Positions 1-10,260 of a stretch of DNA of 64,000 bases are shown piece after piece. The DNA comes from Candidatus Latescibacterota bacterium (GTDB lineage Bacteria > Latescibacterota > UBA2968). Position numbers and translations under genes: made by a program. The DNA lies in contig OZ244960.1 in the NCBI GenBank assembly GCA_965222605.1, positions 4,224,001 to 4,288,000 of the forward strand. Reading direction: 5' to 3'. How positions within the stretch are numbered: the stretch's first letter is position 1; each line of letters opens with the position of its first letter. Under the pieces are notes generated by a model. The model was not told the origin of the DNA, ran no database searches, and worked only from the letters and a program-made list of their open reading frames with translations.

Positions 1-728
1 TTCTCATTGCCGAGGGGGGTAATGAAAATATTTCGGGACAAGCTTTTGACAACTTTGGGTATCACGTTTTGAAAGAAGAATACGATATTCCCATTCAACT
101 CGTCGATCTCAATTCCGAGACCCGATGGGAAACTGTGCCGATTCTCCTCGACGACCGCACTGAATACCAGGTGCATATGCCCAAAACCGTGCTGGATTGC
201 CCCTGTACGATTTCAATGGCGGTTGCTAAAACCCACGATGTCACAGTTGTTACGCTCGCGCTCAAGAATATGATTATGGGAACGATCCGCAAAGAGGACC
301 GCGTTAAAATGCACGGGTTTCCCTCTCATCCAGAACGCCTGCGTCCCAATGAATCCAAACGTCTCAATGTCAATCTCATTCGGCTCGCCAAATATCTGGC
401 ACCCGATATCGGCGTTATCGATGGCACTGTGGGTTTGCAGGGCAATGGCCCCGGAGGGACGGACTCGGTTGATCTGGGCGTTGCTGCAGCGAGTGTGGAT
501 GTTTTTGCTGTGGATGCGGTTATGACCAGTGTTATGGGCTTTGAACCCGCGAAGCAGGGGCTTCTCTATTATGCCAATCAACTCGGTATTGGTGTAACCG
601 ATCTCAACAATATCAATATTCTCGGAACTGCTATTGAAGATGTCGCCAGGGCGTTCAAACCCCACAAGTGGATCGAACAACAACGCCAGTGGCACGAACC
701 AAATGCAATGGCCGATATTTCCGCGTGA
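1..728 (+). CDS. DUF362 family protein (5'-partial)
   Basis: The frame is open from the window start (LIAEGG...). KTH-x4-VTLALKN, IDG..G.QGNGP and D.FAVD motifs are typical of DUF362. Confidence 0.75.
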   Translation, partial: LIAEGGNENISGQAFDNFGYHVLKEEYDIPIQLVDLNSETRWETVPILLDDRTEYQVHMPKTVLDCPCTISMAVAKTHDVTVVTLALKNMIMGTIRKEDRVKMHGFPSHPERLRPNESKRLNVNLIRLAKYLAPDIGVIDGTVGLQGNGPGGTDSVDLGVAAASVDVFAVDAVMTSVMGFEPAKQGLLYYANQLGIGVTDLNNINILGTAIEDVARAFKPHKWIEQQRQWHEPNAMADISA

Positions 729-743
729 TTCAAAACTACAACG

Positions 744-785
744 AAAAAAACTCCCAAGGCTATAATGTAATAGCTTTGGGAGTTT
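744..785. terminator. Intrinsic terminator between convergent genes
   Basis: Stem AAACTCCCAAGGCTA / TAGCTTTGGGAGTTT. An A7 tract at 744-750 gives a U-tract on the minus strand. Confidence 0.7.
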
Positions 786-817
786 GAGTAGATGCGCCAG
801 CGGACTTTCAGAAATAT

Positions 818-1105
818 TCACAAATTGTCTTTCAGGGTCTGTTCGTATTGTCGCGCTTCTGCTTCTTCAGCCGCGATATCGGCTTCTATCTCAGATTGAT
901 TGGCATGGAAATAGGCCAATGCTGCCTGCACTTGAGCCAGTGTCAGATGTCCCAAACGATCCTTAATTTCATTCGGTGTCAGTCCCAATTGATACCATCC
1001 CACGATACGTCGAACAGTCACCCCCGTCCCTGCAATGCGAGGTCGGCCTCCCCGTATATCATCCGAGCGGACAATTAGAGTTTCAATATCAGTCAATGTG
1101 CTCAT
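818..1105 (-). CDS. DUF433 family protein (VapB45-like antitoxin), orphan
   Basis: GGRPRIAGTGVTV...G.T..EI......LT.AQV.AALAY is the DUF433 signature. Confidence 0.85.
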   Translation of the reverse strand: MSTLTDIETLIVRSDDIRGGRPRIAGTGVTVRRIVGWYQLGLTPNEIKDRLGHLTLAQVQAALAYFHANQSEIEADIAAEEAEARQYEQTLKDNL

Positions 1106-1355
1106 ATCGAGATCCTATTGGTTTTTTATCTTCAACTTGTTGTCAGATTTTGTCATAGTAGGATCGGCGGGGGCAATTGCTTCGATCAATGGCCTGACGG
1201 AGTTTTTTGAATCCACCCCCATATTGTTCTTTTCAAAACCAAATATAGCCCATAATCGGGTTATTTGCAATAAGACGACGGGTCATTTTTCGCGTGATTC
1301 AACTTTTTTTAGTATATTATCATTGTGTTTTTTAAGTCATGCACAGGAGCTTTTC

Positions 1356-2423
1356 TTGCCCACTATTGTTCTCATTGGCGGTGGTACCGCAGGGCATGTT
1401 ACGCCCAATATTGCGCTGTTGCCCGGTTTGCGCGATGCGGGATACGCTGTGCATTATATCGGTACGCGGGACGGTATTGAGCAAGAACTGATCGCAAGGG
1501 AGGGTATTCCCTTTCACGCGGTTCCCGCAGGCAAACTCCGCCGCTATCTGGACTGGCAAAATTTTACCGATCTCGCCCGCATCAAGTTTGGATTTCTCAA
1601 GTCGCTGTTGATCCTCGCTCGCATCAGACCCGATCTCGTCTTTAGCAAGGGGGGATTTGTCACGCCGCCGATTATCTGGGCTGCGTGGTTGCTGGGCATT
1701 CCCGTCGTGTGTCATGAATCGGACCTTACGCCGGGGTTGGCCAATAAGCTCTCTCTTCCGTTTGCCCGGCGTATCTGCTATGCCTTTGCGGAGACAGCCA
1801 AATATTTGCCCGCTGGCAAAGCGGTTCACACAGGTATTCCCGTCCGGGCAGAACTCGCAAATGGCGATGCCCAAAAAGGACGCGATTTGTGCGCTTTCTC
1901 GTCTGAGAAACCCATTATTCTCATCATGGGTGGTAGTCTGGGATCGCGTGCGATTAACGCGGCGGTTCGCGCTGCACTTCCCGATTTGCTTGTCGATTAC
2001 CAGATTTGCCACCTGTGCGGGCAGGGCAATCTCGATTCGGCTCTCGACCAGACCGAAGGCTATGTGCAGTTTGAATATGTTACGGATGACTTGCCCCATC
2101 TTTTTGCAGCAACTGATTTTATTGTCTCTCGCGCAGGTGCTACCGCGCTCTTTGAACTTCTCTCGCTCCAAAAACCCGCGCTTTTGATTCCTCTGTCCCT
2201 GCAAGCCAGTCGCGGAGATCAGATCGAGAATGCCGAAGCTTTTCGAAATGCCGGTTATAGCCTCGTCCTCTCAGAAGATGGTCTTACGCCCGACGCGCTT
2301 TGCAAAGCCATCCGCGATCTGCGCGATCAGAGCGACGCGCTCCGTCAATCTATGTCCGATTGGCGCAGGCGAGACGCTATAGCGGAGGTCCTCTCAATCC
2401 TCGCCGATTGTCTGAAGCGGTGA
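1356..2423 (+). CDS. murG: Undecaprenyl-PP-MurNAc-pentapeptide GlcNAc transferase MurG
   Basis: GGGTAGHV, KGGFV, HESD..PGLANK, GGSLGS, SRAGA and DQ..NA motifs. TTG start at 1356 with AGGAG RBS at 1345-1349; the track start at 1035 is over-extended. Confidence 0.92.
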   Translation: MPTIVLIGGGTAGHVTPNIALLPGLRDAGYAVHYIGTRDGIEQELIAREGIPFHAVPAGKLRRYLDWQNFTDLARIKFGFLKSLLILARIRPDLVFSKGGFVTPPIIWAAWLLGIPVVCHESDLTPGLANKLSLPFARRICYAFAETAKYLPAGKAVHTGIPVRAELANGDAQKGRDLCAFSSEKPIILIMGGSLGSRAINAAVRAALPDLLVDYQICHLCGQGNLDSALDQTEGYVQFEYVTDDLPHLFAATDFIVSRAGATALFELLSLQKPALLIPLSLQASRGDQIENAEAFRNAGYSLVLSEDGLTPDALCKAIRDLRDQSDALRQSMSDWRRRDAIAEVLSILADCLKR

Positions 2424-2433
2424 ACTGACTACT

Positions 2434-4404
2434 ATGGCTCAAGAAACGCATCCATCTGTTGAACCCACTCGGTTTGTAAGAGAAGCCGTTACGCTGAAGT
2501 CCATTTTGGTGGGCATTCTGGTTATTCTTCTGTCCGAAGCCTATATCACATGGGGCATGTTGCATCTGGCTTCTCGTATGAATAAGTCCTATCTGCCGAT
2601 GGGGCTGTTTTTTGTGTATGTGGTTCTGGTGTTGACAAATATCGCGTTTGATCGGGCAAAGAGCAGGTGGGCACTTTCTCAGGCTGAGTTGCAAGTTGTG
2701 CTCGGTATGGGATTGATTGGGGCATTTTTCCCATTTTTTGGTCTGGCGAGTTTTTTGCCCACGGTGATTGCGGCGCCTTTTTATCTGGATACGCCGGAGA
2801 ATGGCTGGCGTGAGCTTTTGCACGAGCATATCCCCAGGTGGATTGTTTTGCACAATGAAGATGGGGCAGCAACGCTGTTTTACGAGGGGCTTGCGCCGCA
2901 TCAGCCGATTCCGTGGGGTGCGTGGGTGGTGCCGCTTTTCTGGTGGGGGTCTTTGATTTGTGCTATTGGCTGGCTGACGTTGTGCATCATGGTGATTTTG
3001 CGAAAGCAGTGGGTGGAAAATGAGCGATTGGAATATCCGTTGATGAATGTGAGTATTAAGATGGCAGCCGGATCAAATGATGCCGAAGGTATCGCGCACA
3101 TGGTTCGGCAGCGAGGGTTTAAGATTGGTTGTTTTTTGGGTGCTCTGGCTGTTTTGTGGAATATTGTGACCTTTTTTTATCCTTTGATACCGCGATTGCC
3201 CACAACGCCGAATGCGGCCAGTTGGTTGCGCTGGATGGATGGCGCGCCGACGTTCTGGGTGCAGATCAGCATTTATATTATTGGCTTTGCCTATTTTGCG
3301 CGTGTGGAAGCGCTGTTCAGTTTTTGGGTGTTTTTTGTTCTGACGGGTATTGAGATGTCTGTGTTTGATCGTCTCGGTGTGGGGTCTTCTGTTGGTCAGG
3401 GGGGCCTGGAGGCGGTTCGGTCTCAGAGTTTTGGCGCGTTTGTGATGATTGTGCTGGTGAGTTTGTGGATGTCGCGTGGGCATTTGAAGGCGGTGTTTCG
3501 GAAGGCATTGAGAGGTGATGCGGAGGTTGATGATTCGCGAGAGGTTTTGTCTTATCGGACGGCGGTGTTTGGGATGGCGATTGGGTTGCTTTATGTGGGT
3601 GGATGGTTGCATCTGGCGGGTATGGAATTGAAGGTGCTGGTGCTTTATATGTTTTTTGCTCTGGCTGCTTATATTGGTCTGTCGCGGATCGTGGCTGAGA
3701 TGGGGTTGCCTTATGCGAATATCTCGGATACGGCACTGAATTTCGCGCCTATTTATATTTTGGGGTCGCGTGCGATTTCGGCACCTTCTATGGTGAGTCA
3801 GGGTTTTATCTACGCTCTGTTCGCCACGACGCGAGGGTTCCTCGGTCCGCCTCTGGCACAGACGCTGAAGCTGACGAGTGGGTTAAAGTTTCGGCGGAAT
3901 CGGTTGGTTGGTGCGATTGCGATTGCAGTGATGCTGGGATTCGTGGGATCTATTGGCGATACGATTTATACCTCCTATCGGCATGGTGGATACAATCTGG
4001 GGGGGCTGACGAGGGTGACGGGTGTTCGGAACAATTATCAAAAAGCTGTGACCTGGATCCGAAATCCCCAACCGCCGGATTGGGATAGGCTTACATTTGC
4101 CGGTTCCGGTATGGTGATTGTGTTGTTGTTGACCTTTTTGCGCTATCACTTTATCTGGTGGCCTTTGCCCGCTGTTGGTCTGGCGCTGCAAGGTATGTAT
4201 ATGGCGCGTCGTCTGGTGTTTCCCGTTTTTATGGTGTGGATTTATAAGTCGCTTATTCTGAAGTTTGGTGGTGTCGCAATGTATCGCAGAGGACAGCCGT
4301 TCTTTATCGGTCTGATGGTGGGCTATGCTTTTGCGGTGTTTTTCTCGACTTTGATCGATCATCTCTTTTTCTTTGGGCACGGCCATGTGGTGCATGATTT
4401 TTGA
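2434..4404 (+). CDS. Polytopic membrane protein, DUF6785/DUF6784-like (putative transporter)
   Basis: 656 aa with many TM segments. P.W..W..PL..W, LRKQW...ERL.YP, R.VAE.G and WWPL motifs. Confidence 0.65.
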   Translation: MAQETHPSVEPTRFVREAVTLKSILVGILVILLSEAYITWGMLHLASRMNKSYLPMGLFFVYVVLVLTNIAFDRAKSRWALSQAELQVVLGMGLIGAFFPFFGLASFLPTVIAAPFYLDTPENGWRELLHEHIPRWIVLHNEDGAATLFYEGLAPHQPIPWGAWVVPLFWWGSLICAIGWLTLCIMVILRKQWVENERLEYPLMNVSIKMAAGSNDAEGIAHMVRQRGFKIGCFLGALAVLWNIVTFFYPLIPRLPTTPNAASWLRWMDGAPTFWVQISIYIIGFAYFARVEALFSFWVFFVLTGIEMSVFDRLGVGSSVGQGGLEAVRSQSFGAFVMIVLVSLWMSRGHLKAVFRKALRGDAEVDDSREVLSYRTAVFGMAIGLLYVGGWLHLAGMELKVLVLYMFFALAAYIGLSRIVAEMGLPYANISDTALNFAPIYILGSRAISAPSMVSQGFIYALFATTRGFLGPPLAQTLKLTSGLKFRRNRLVGAIAIAVMLGFVGSIGDTIYTSYRHGGYNLGGLTRVTGVRNNYQKAVTWIRNPQPPDWDRLTFAGSGMVIVLLLTFLRYHFIWWPLPAVGLALQGMYMARRLVFPVFMVWIYKSLILKFGGVAMYRRGQPFFIGLMVGYAFAVFFSTLIDHLFFFGHGHVVHDF

Positions 4405-4440
4405 GAGATAAGAGATCTCTATAACCGATAGGAGCGAACA

Positions 4441-5337
4441 ATGGAAAAGAAACGAATTAACAGATGTATCGAGCTTCTCGAGCAGGGGGAGTATCTCTAT
4501 TACTCGGGTGCTGGTCCTCTCACTTACGAGAATGGCAAGAAGCAGGCCAGGACGTGGGCGGATTTTTTGATGGTGGATTACGAACACAGCCCGTTTGATG
4601 TGGTTGGTCTTCGCGCGTTTATGAGAGGGTTGGTGGATGGCGGTCCCACAAATTCGGGGCATCGCACGCCGACTGTGTTTGCGACGCTGCCGTCCAATTG
4701 TCGCACTGTGCATGAGGTTCGCGCCAATGCGTGGCAGATCAGGCATGTTTTGAGTTCGGGGGTACACGGTATTTTGCATACGCATGCGCGGCAGGCCGAT
4801 GCGGTGAGGGCGTTTGTCGAAGAGTGCAGGTATCCGTTCCAGACAGCAGGGCTGGATCGCGGGCTGGTGCAGGGTCAGCGCGGGGCGGGCGGTCAGGGAT
4901 ATGCCGCGGGTATCTGGGGACTTACCGGACCTGAGTACGCGCGAATAGCCGATCCATGGCCGCTAAATCCAGATGGCGAATTGATGCTCGGTCTTAAAAT
5001 TGAGGACAGGGAGTGTGTTGCGAATGCCGAGTATATATGCAAGGTGCCCGGTTTGTCATTTGCAGAGTGGGGGCCGGGAGATATGGGTATGTCCTATGGT
5101 TTTGCCGATGCACACGATCCGCCTTATCCGCCGATTATGGAGGAGGCTCGAAGAATTGTGAAGGGCGCGTGTGATGATAATGGGATTCATTTTTTGTGTT
5201 CGTGGAAGGATTCTTCAAAGAGTACGGAAGAGAATATTCGGTTTCTGATGGATTGGGGCGTCAGAATTCTCTCTGGCGGCGGAGAAGATTACGCGAGAAT
5301 TGGCCGCGCAATTTCAGGTAGGCGGATGCCTGTGTGA
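4441..5337 (+). CDS. HpcH/HpaI aldolase/citrate lyase family protein
   Basis: D.EHSP, KIED...V.N...I..VPG, GPGD motifs. Confidence 0.75.
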   Translation: MEKKRINRCIELLEQGEYLYYSGAGPLTYENGKKQARTWADFLMVDYEHSPFDVVGLRAFMRGLVDGGPTNSGHRTPTVFATLPSNCRTVHEVRANAWQIRHVLSSGVHGILHTHARQADAVRAFVEECRYPFQTAGLDRGLVQGQRGAGGQGYAAGIWGLTGPEYARIADPWPLNPDGELMLGLKIEDRECVANAEYICKVPGLSFAEWGPGDMGMSYGFADAHDPPYPPIMEEARRIVKGACDDNGIHFLCSWKDSSKSTEENIRFLMDWGVRILSGGGEDYARIGRAISGRRMPV

Positions 5338-5368
5338 GTGTGTATTCAACTTATTTTTGGAGGAGATT

Positions 5369-6364
5369 ATGGCAGCATCAACCGAACAACCATTAGGCGG
5401 AGAACCGACCATTACGCGACAGCTCTCATTTCATGGTCAGGGCGGTTCTTTATTTGGCATTCATATCGTGAATATTTTGCTCGCGATTATCACGCTGGGC
5501 ATCTACTATTTCTGGGGTAAAGTCAGAGTGCGAAACTACATGAACAGCCAGACCGAATTTGAAGGTGACCGCTTTGCGTATCACGGCACCGGTAAAGAAC
5601 TTTTTATCGGCTGGCTGAAAGCGATGGGTTTTTTGATTGTGATCGGCGGGATCTCTTTTGGCATACAGCTTTTCGGTAAAAGCATTACCTCGCAGATCAT
5701 CGGCACAATCATTTTATATGTGGGTATCCTCTTTTTGCTTTTCCCTGTTGCCATTGTCGGTGCCTGGCGTTTCAAGTTGAGTCGTACGTCGTGGCGGGGG
5801 ATTCGCTTTTCTTTTCGAGGCCATACGCGCGAATTTTTCCGCATCTATTTCCCCGGTATGTTCCTTACACTGATCACATTGGGCCTTTACAGTCCCTATT
5901 TTGAAGTGCGCCTTCGAAAATTCTTAGTCAGTCAGTCTTATTTTGGCAGTGCCCAATTCCATTTTGATGGCAATGGTCGAGATTTGTTTTGGGGCAATTT
6001 TTGGGCCATTGTCCTGGCCATTCCCACGCTGGGGATTTATCCCTTCTGGTATGCTGCTACTCGACACAGATATTTCTGGTCACGCACGACATTTTCAACA
6101 GCGCAATTTCGCTCCACCATGTTGGGCGGTGATCTTTTTGTGTTTCAGCTCGTCAATGGTCTGTTGCTTATCTTCACGTTGGGGTTAGCGCAGCCCTGGG
6201 TGCTTGTACGCAGTGCGCGATTCACTTTTGAACGGATTCTTCTTGAAGGAGATCTCGATCTCGACGTCATTGAGCAAGACGCAAGGGATGCCTCGGCTAC
6301 TGGAGAAGGCATGACGGACTTTCTGGATACGGACTTTCTGGATATCGATTTGGGGCTCTTGTAG
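5369..6364 (+). CDS. YjgN/DUF898 family membrane protein
   Basis: Repeated (I/L)TLG(I/L)Y.(F/P)W units, F.Y.GTG.ELF and SRT.WRGIRF.F.G. GGAGG RBS before ATG 5369. Confidence 0.85.
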   Translation: MAASTEQPLGGEPTITRQLSFHGQGGSLFGIHIVNILLAIITLGIYYFWGKVRVRNYMNSQTEFEGDRFAYHGTGKELFIGWLKAMGFLIVIGGISFGIQLFGKSITSQIIGTIILYVGILFLLFPVAIVGAWRFKLSRTSWRGIRFSFRGHTREFFRIYFPGMFLTLITLGLYSPYFEVRLRKFLVSQSYFGSAQFHFDGNGRDLFWGNFWAIVLAIPTLGIYPFWYAATRHRYFWSRTTFSTAQFRSTMLGGDLFVFQLVNGLLLIFTLGLAQPWVLVRSARFTFERILLEGDLDLDVIEQDARDASATGEGMTDFLDTDFLDIDLGLL

Positions 6365-7470
6365 TGAACACATTGCGACAGAACAGATGGGATGGTCGCT
6401 ATTTCGACGGGCAGACCACTACCCCTCATCCTGTTAGCATCACCATCTCAAAAGATGGGCTGGTGATTGCGAAGGCCGATGGTACGGAGTATCAGTGGTA
6501 TTTTCATCAGATCAGGCAGTCTCAGGGTACTTATACTGGTGAGCAGATACGCGTGGAAAAAGGGGATGAAACGCTCGTTGTTGACGACTCTGATTTTTTG
6601 CGAGCCATTCACGAAATTGCACCGAGTCGCACGGGATTTCACAACCCTCGCTTTCGCAGACACAGGACGGCACTCACAGTGCTATCTGCTGTGGCAATTA
6701 TTGTCATCGGTCTGGTGCTCTATTTTCGCGGCATTCCAACCCTAACTGATCTTGTGGTGGTTTATTTGCCCGTCCGCTGGGAGGAAAAACTCGGTGCTCA
6801 GGTCGTTTCATTGCTCGCCCCCGAAGATAGGCGAATTGACGATCCAAATTGTCAGAAAGCCATTGAACACCTTGCCGATTTGCTCATGAAAACCGAACAG
6901 CCATCCCCCTACCATCTACATATTATTTTGAAGCGAGATCCAATTATCAACGCCTTTGCAGCACCTGGCGGATATATTGTCATACACGATGGATTACTGA
7001 GAAAAACCAAATCGCCTGAGGAACTCGTAGGTGTGCTTGCACATGAAATTCAGCACATCCTGCAGCGCCATTCAACGCGGGCAATTCTCCGCGAATTGTC
7101 AATTGGCGTGCTCTTCTCTGCGCTGTCGGGCGATGCGGGTGGGATGTACTATGCTCTTGAAACAGTGCGTACATTGGGTGGCCTACGCTTCCAACGTCAA
7201 GATGAAGTCGAAGCTGATCAAAAAGGCATGCAAATGCTCCAGAAAGCCAAAATTGATCCCAAAGGCATGGTTACATTTTTTGAAACTCTCAAGGAGGAAG
7301 TGGGAGACATCCCCCGTTTTTTGAGCTACGTATCAACCCATCCGCGCACCGAAGAACGCATTGAGCAGTTAAAACAGATGGCCGACCAGACCAGCTACGA
7401 ATCTGTTGTCCTCTTGCCAGATACCGACTGGGCAGATATTCAGAAGATGTGCGCCAGAACACCAAAATAG
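6364..7470 (+). CDS. M48 family zinc metallopeptidase
   Basis: NAFAAPGG, HEIQH, E.EAD and STHP...RI motifs. Its start overlaps the YjgN stop, a common pairing. Confidence 0.88.
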   Translation: MNTLRQNRWDGRYFDGQTTTPHPVSITISKDGLVIAKADGTEYQWYFHQIRQSQGTYTGEQIRVEKGDETLVVDDSDFLRAIHEIAPSRTGFHNPRFRRHRTALTVLSAVAIIVIGLVLYFRGIPTLTDLVVVYLPVRWEEKLGAQVVSLLAPEDRRIDDPNCQKAIEHLADLLMKTEQPSPYHLHIILKRDPIINAFAAPGGYIVIHDGLLRKTKSPEELVGVLAHEIQHILQRHSTRAILRELSIGVLFSALSGDAGGMYYALETVRTLGGLRFQRQDEVEADQKGMQMLQKAKIDPKGMVTFFETLKEEVGDIPRFLSYVSTHPRTEERIEQLKQMADQTSYESVVLLPDTDWADIQKMCARTPK

Positions 7471-7525
7471 GAGACGCAATTTATACTTGTTTATCAATGG
7501 TTTCAAAGGGTTCTGAGGAGAGTTT

Positions 7526-8962
7526 ATGAAAAACCCCAATATTCTGTTCATTTTTAGCGACCAACACCGCCACGATGTGCTCGGCTGTGCTGGGCATTCG
7601 CTGGTCCAGACGCCGAATCTGGATCGGCTGGCGGATTGGGGCATGCGTTTTGAGCGGACGTGGACGCAGTGTCCGGTTTGTATGCCTTGCAGGGCTACGA
7701 TGATCACGGGGCGATATACGCATGAACTGGGGTTCACGTCTAATGTCACGGCTGATCATGGAGATACGGTTGATGATAGTCCTTTCAAACCCGCCTGGCC
7801 GACGATTATGAAGCAGTTGCAAGGCGGGGGGTATGAGACTGCGTCAATTGGCAAGACACACTATCACGGGCGGCCCGGTTCTCTGGAGGCGGGAGAATGC
7901 GGGGAAGTTTTTGATACGCGGCAGTTTGGGGATTTTGTGAAGGGTTTTGGATGGGATTATGTGATGGAGGAATACGACCGGTATGGACATGTTCAGAGCC
8001 ATGTGAAAAGCCCGTATATGGATTATCTCGAAGCGCGGGGTCTCCTGAAGGCGCATCGGGAACAGATCCGGGGGATTTACAGGCTTACGCCCACACACTG
8101 GCGGGGCGAGACGAGTGTGTTGCCACAAGAATGCGAGTTGTCCAGTTTTATTGCCGATCACGCGATGGACTGGCTGAAATCGCGCAATTCCGAGAAGCCC
8201 TTTTATCTTCATCTGGGTTTTGTGCAGCCGCATGTTCCGCTGATGGATGATCCGATTTGGGCTGCTTATTATGCAGATGCCGATATCGAATTGCCCGATA
8301 TGACGATGCCGCGAGCTACAAATGAGTTTTGGGCAGAAAAGGTCGAACGGCTCAAGGGGCATTCTCAGGTTCAGACGATGACGGATGATTTTGTGCGCGA
8401 AGGTATCAGGCATTATCTGGGTGCTGTTTCTCTGGTCGATCAGAAGATTGGCGAGGTGATTGATACGCTGGATGAGTTGGGAGAATTGGACAATACGTGG
8501 ATTATTTACAGCGCGGACCACGGCGAGATGCTCGGCGAACATCATTTGTGGGCGAAGCATTGTTTTTACGAAGGATCAGTTCAGGTCCCGCTGATTGTCA
8601 GTCCGCCGGATCGCAAGAGCAGAGGGGTTTGCAGCGATCTCACGCAATTGATCGATGTGGTCTCAACTATCGCAGAGATCGGGCAGGTTGTACCGCCCAA
8701 AGGTGCTCGTGGACAATCTTTGTTGCCGCTGTTGGAATACGGTTCTGGTGGGTATGAGTACGTGTTTTCGACGATTGAGGATTGGACTGGGGTGAGGAAT
8801 GAAGCCTATCGTTTTACGCTGCATGTTCCAACGGGGACGCCCTGTGAGTTGTACGATCTGGCGAGAGATCCGGGCGAGTTGAATAATTGCGTGGAAGATC
8901 CCGCCTATCGAGAGATTGTGGCTCAGTTCAAAGCGGTCGTCCTGAACCATCGCGCGAGTTGA
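7526..8962 (+). CDS. Sulfatase (formylglycine-dependent, S1)
   Basis: PNILFIFSDQH, C-M-P-C-R signature, GKTH, DHGEMLGEH...K. Confidence 0.9.
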   Translation: MKNPNILFIFSDQHRHDVLGCAGHSLVQTPNLDRLADWGMRFERTWTQCPVCMPCRATMITGRYTHELGFTSNVTADHGDTVDDSPFKPAWPTIMKQLQGGGYETASIGKTHYHGRPGSLEAGECGEVFDTRQFGDFVKGFGWDYVMEEYDRYGHVQSHVKSPYMDYLEARGLLKAHREQIRGIYRLTPTHWRGETSVLPQECELSSFIADHAMDWLKSRNSEKPFYLHLGFVQPHVPLMDDPIWAAYYADADIELPDMTMPRATNEFWAEKVERLKGHSQVQTMTDDFVREGIRHYLGAVSLVDQKIGEVIDTLDELGELDNTWIIYSADHGEMLGEHHLWAKHCFYEGSVQVPLIVSPPDRKSRGVCSDLTQLIDVVSTIAEIGQVVPPKGARGQSLLPLLEYGSGGYEYVFSTIEDWTGVRNEAYRFTLHVPTGTPCELYDLARDPGELNNCVEDPAYREIVAQFKAVVLNHRAS

Positions 8963-8973
8963 GGTCTATACAG

Positions 8974-10230
8974 ATGAGTGAAGAGACAGAGATATTGATT
9001 ATTGGCGGTGGGGCAATCGGTGTTTGCTCGGCTTATTATTTAAATGCTGCGGGTAGAGATGTCGCACTGGTTGATAAAGGCGATATTTGTTCGGGGTGTT
9101 CGTATGGGAATGGGGGTCTTGTTGTGCCGAGCCACAGCATACCTCTATCCGCTCCGGGGGTGGTGTCTCAAAGCCTGAAGTGGATGTTGAATCCAGATAG
9201 TCCATTTTATATTAAGCCGCGATTGGACCGAGATTTGATTTCCTGGTTGTGGCATTTCCGTCGTGCGTGCAATGAGAAGCATGTTGTGGGGGTAACGCCT
9301 GTTATTCGGGCGATGAATATGGCGAGTGTGGCGTTGTTTGAAGACATGGCATCGCTCGAGAGCATGGATTTTGGGTTTGAAAAGAGGGGGACGATCACGG
9401 CATATAGAACTGAGAAGGCTTTGTCAAAGGCGGTCAAAGACGCGCGTTTTTTGTCTGAGATGGGGATTGAGACACGGGTTCTCGATGCCGATGAGATGGT
9501 GGCATTAAATCCCGGCATTCGAATACGGGCGATTGGTGGGATACATTTCCCTCAGGATGCTCATCTCGTGCCGCATCGCTTTGTGCGTGGGTTGGCGCAG
9601 TACGTCGGTGGAAAGGGCGTTCGCATCCATAGAGAGACAGAGGTTCTGGGGTTTAAGACTTCGCGCGATCGCGTGGTTGCTGTGCAAACGACTCGGGGTG
9701 ATTTTCAGGCCGAGCATGTTATTTTGGCAGGTGGGTCGTGGTCGCCTATGATTGCCGATGGTCTTCATATCAATTTGCCCATTCAACCTGCCAAGGGGTA
9801 TAGTATTACCTTTAAGCGGCCTGACGTTTGTCCGACTACGCCATTTTCTTTGGGGGAAGCAAAGGTTGGTATTACGCCTATGGATGATATGCTGCGGTTT
9901 GCGGGCACGCTTGAATTGGCAGGACTCGATTTTTCGATTAACCAGCGGCGCGTGCAGGCTATTCTCAAGGCTGTGCCCGATTATTTTCCCGATTTGAATC
10001 CCGATCATCTCGATATGATAGAAATTTGGCGCGGTTTGCGGCCTTGCACGCCCGATGGTGTGCCATTTCTCGGCCGTGCCCCCGGGTTTGAGAATGTGAT
10101 CGTCGCTGCTGGTCATGCTATGATTGGCATTTCTCTGGGGCCTATTACCGGAAAGCTGGTGGCAGAATTGATTTCCGATGAGATACCATCTATTGATTTG
10201 TCTGCATTAGAAGTGGATCGGTTTGGGTAG
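8974..10230 (+). CDS. FAD-dependent D-amino acid dehydrogenase (DadA-like)
   Basis: IIGGGAIG, SYGNGG, KGYS, W.GLRP.TPDG.P, GH...G..LGP.TG motifs. Confidence 0.85.
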   Translation: MSEETEILIIGGGAIGVCSAYYLNAAGRDVALVDKGDICSGCSYGNGGLVVPSHSIPLSAPGVVSQSLKWMLNPDSPFYIKPRLDRDLISWLWHFRRACNEKHVVGVTPVIRAMNMASVALFEDMASLESMDFGFEKRGTITAYRTEKALSKAVKDARFLSEMGIETRVLDADEMVALNPGIRIRAIGGIHFPQDAHLVPHRFVRGLAQYVGGKGVRIHRETEVLGFKTSRDRVVAVQTTRGDFQAEHVILAGGSWSPMIADGLHINLPIQPAKGYSITFKRPDVCPTTPFSLGEAKVGITPMDDMLRFAGTLELAGLDFSINQRRVQAILKAVPDYFPDLNPDHLDMIEIWRGLRPCTPDGVPFLGRAPGFENVIVAAGHAMIGISLGPITGKLVAELISDEIPSIDLSALEVDRFG

Positions 10231-10260
10231 TCTGTTTGTTATTTTTTAGAGAGGTGAAAT

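Noticed and set aside
213-821. 202-aa minus ORF as the toxin partner of DUF433
   Set aside because: It has no PIN motif, crosses the terminator and is antisense to the DUF362 gene.
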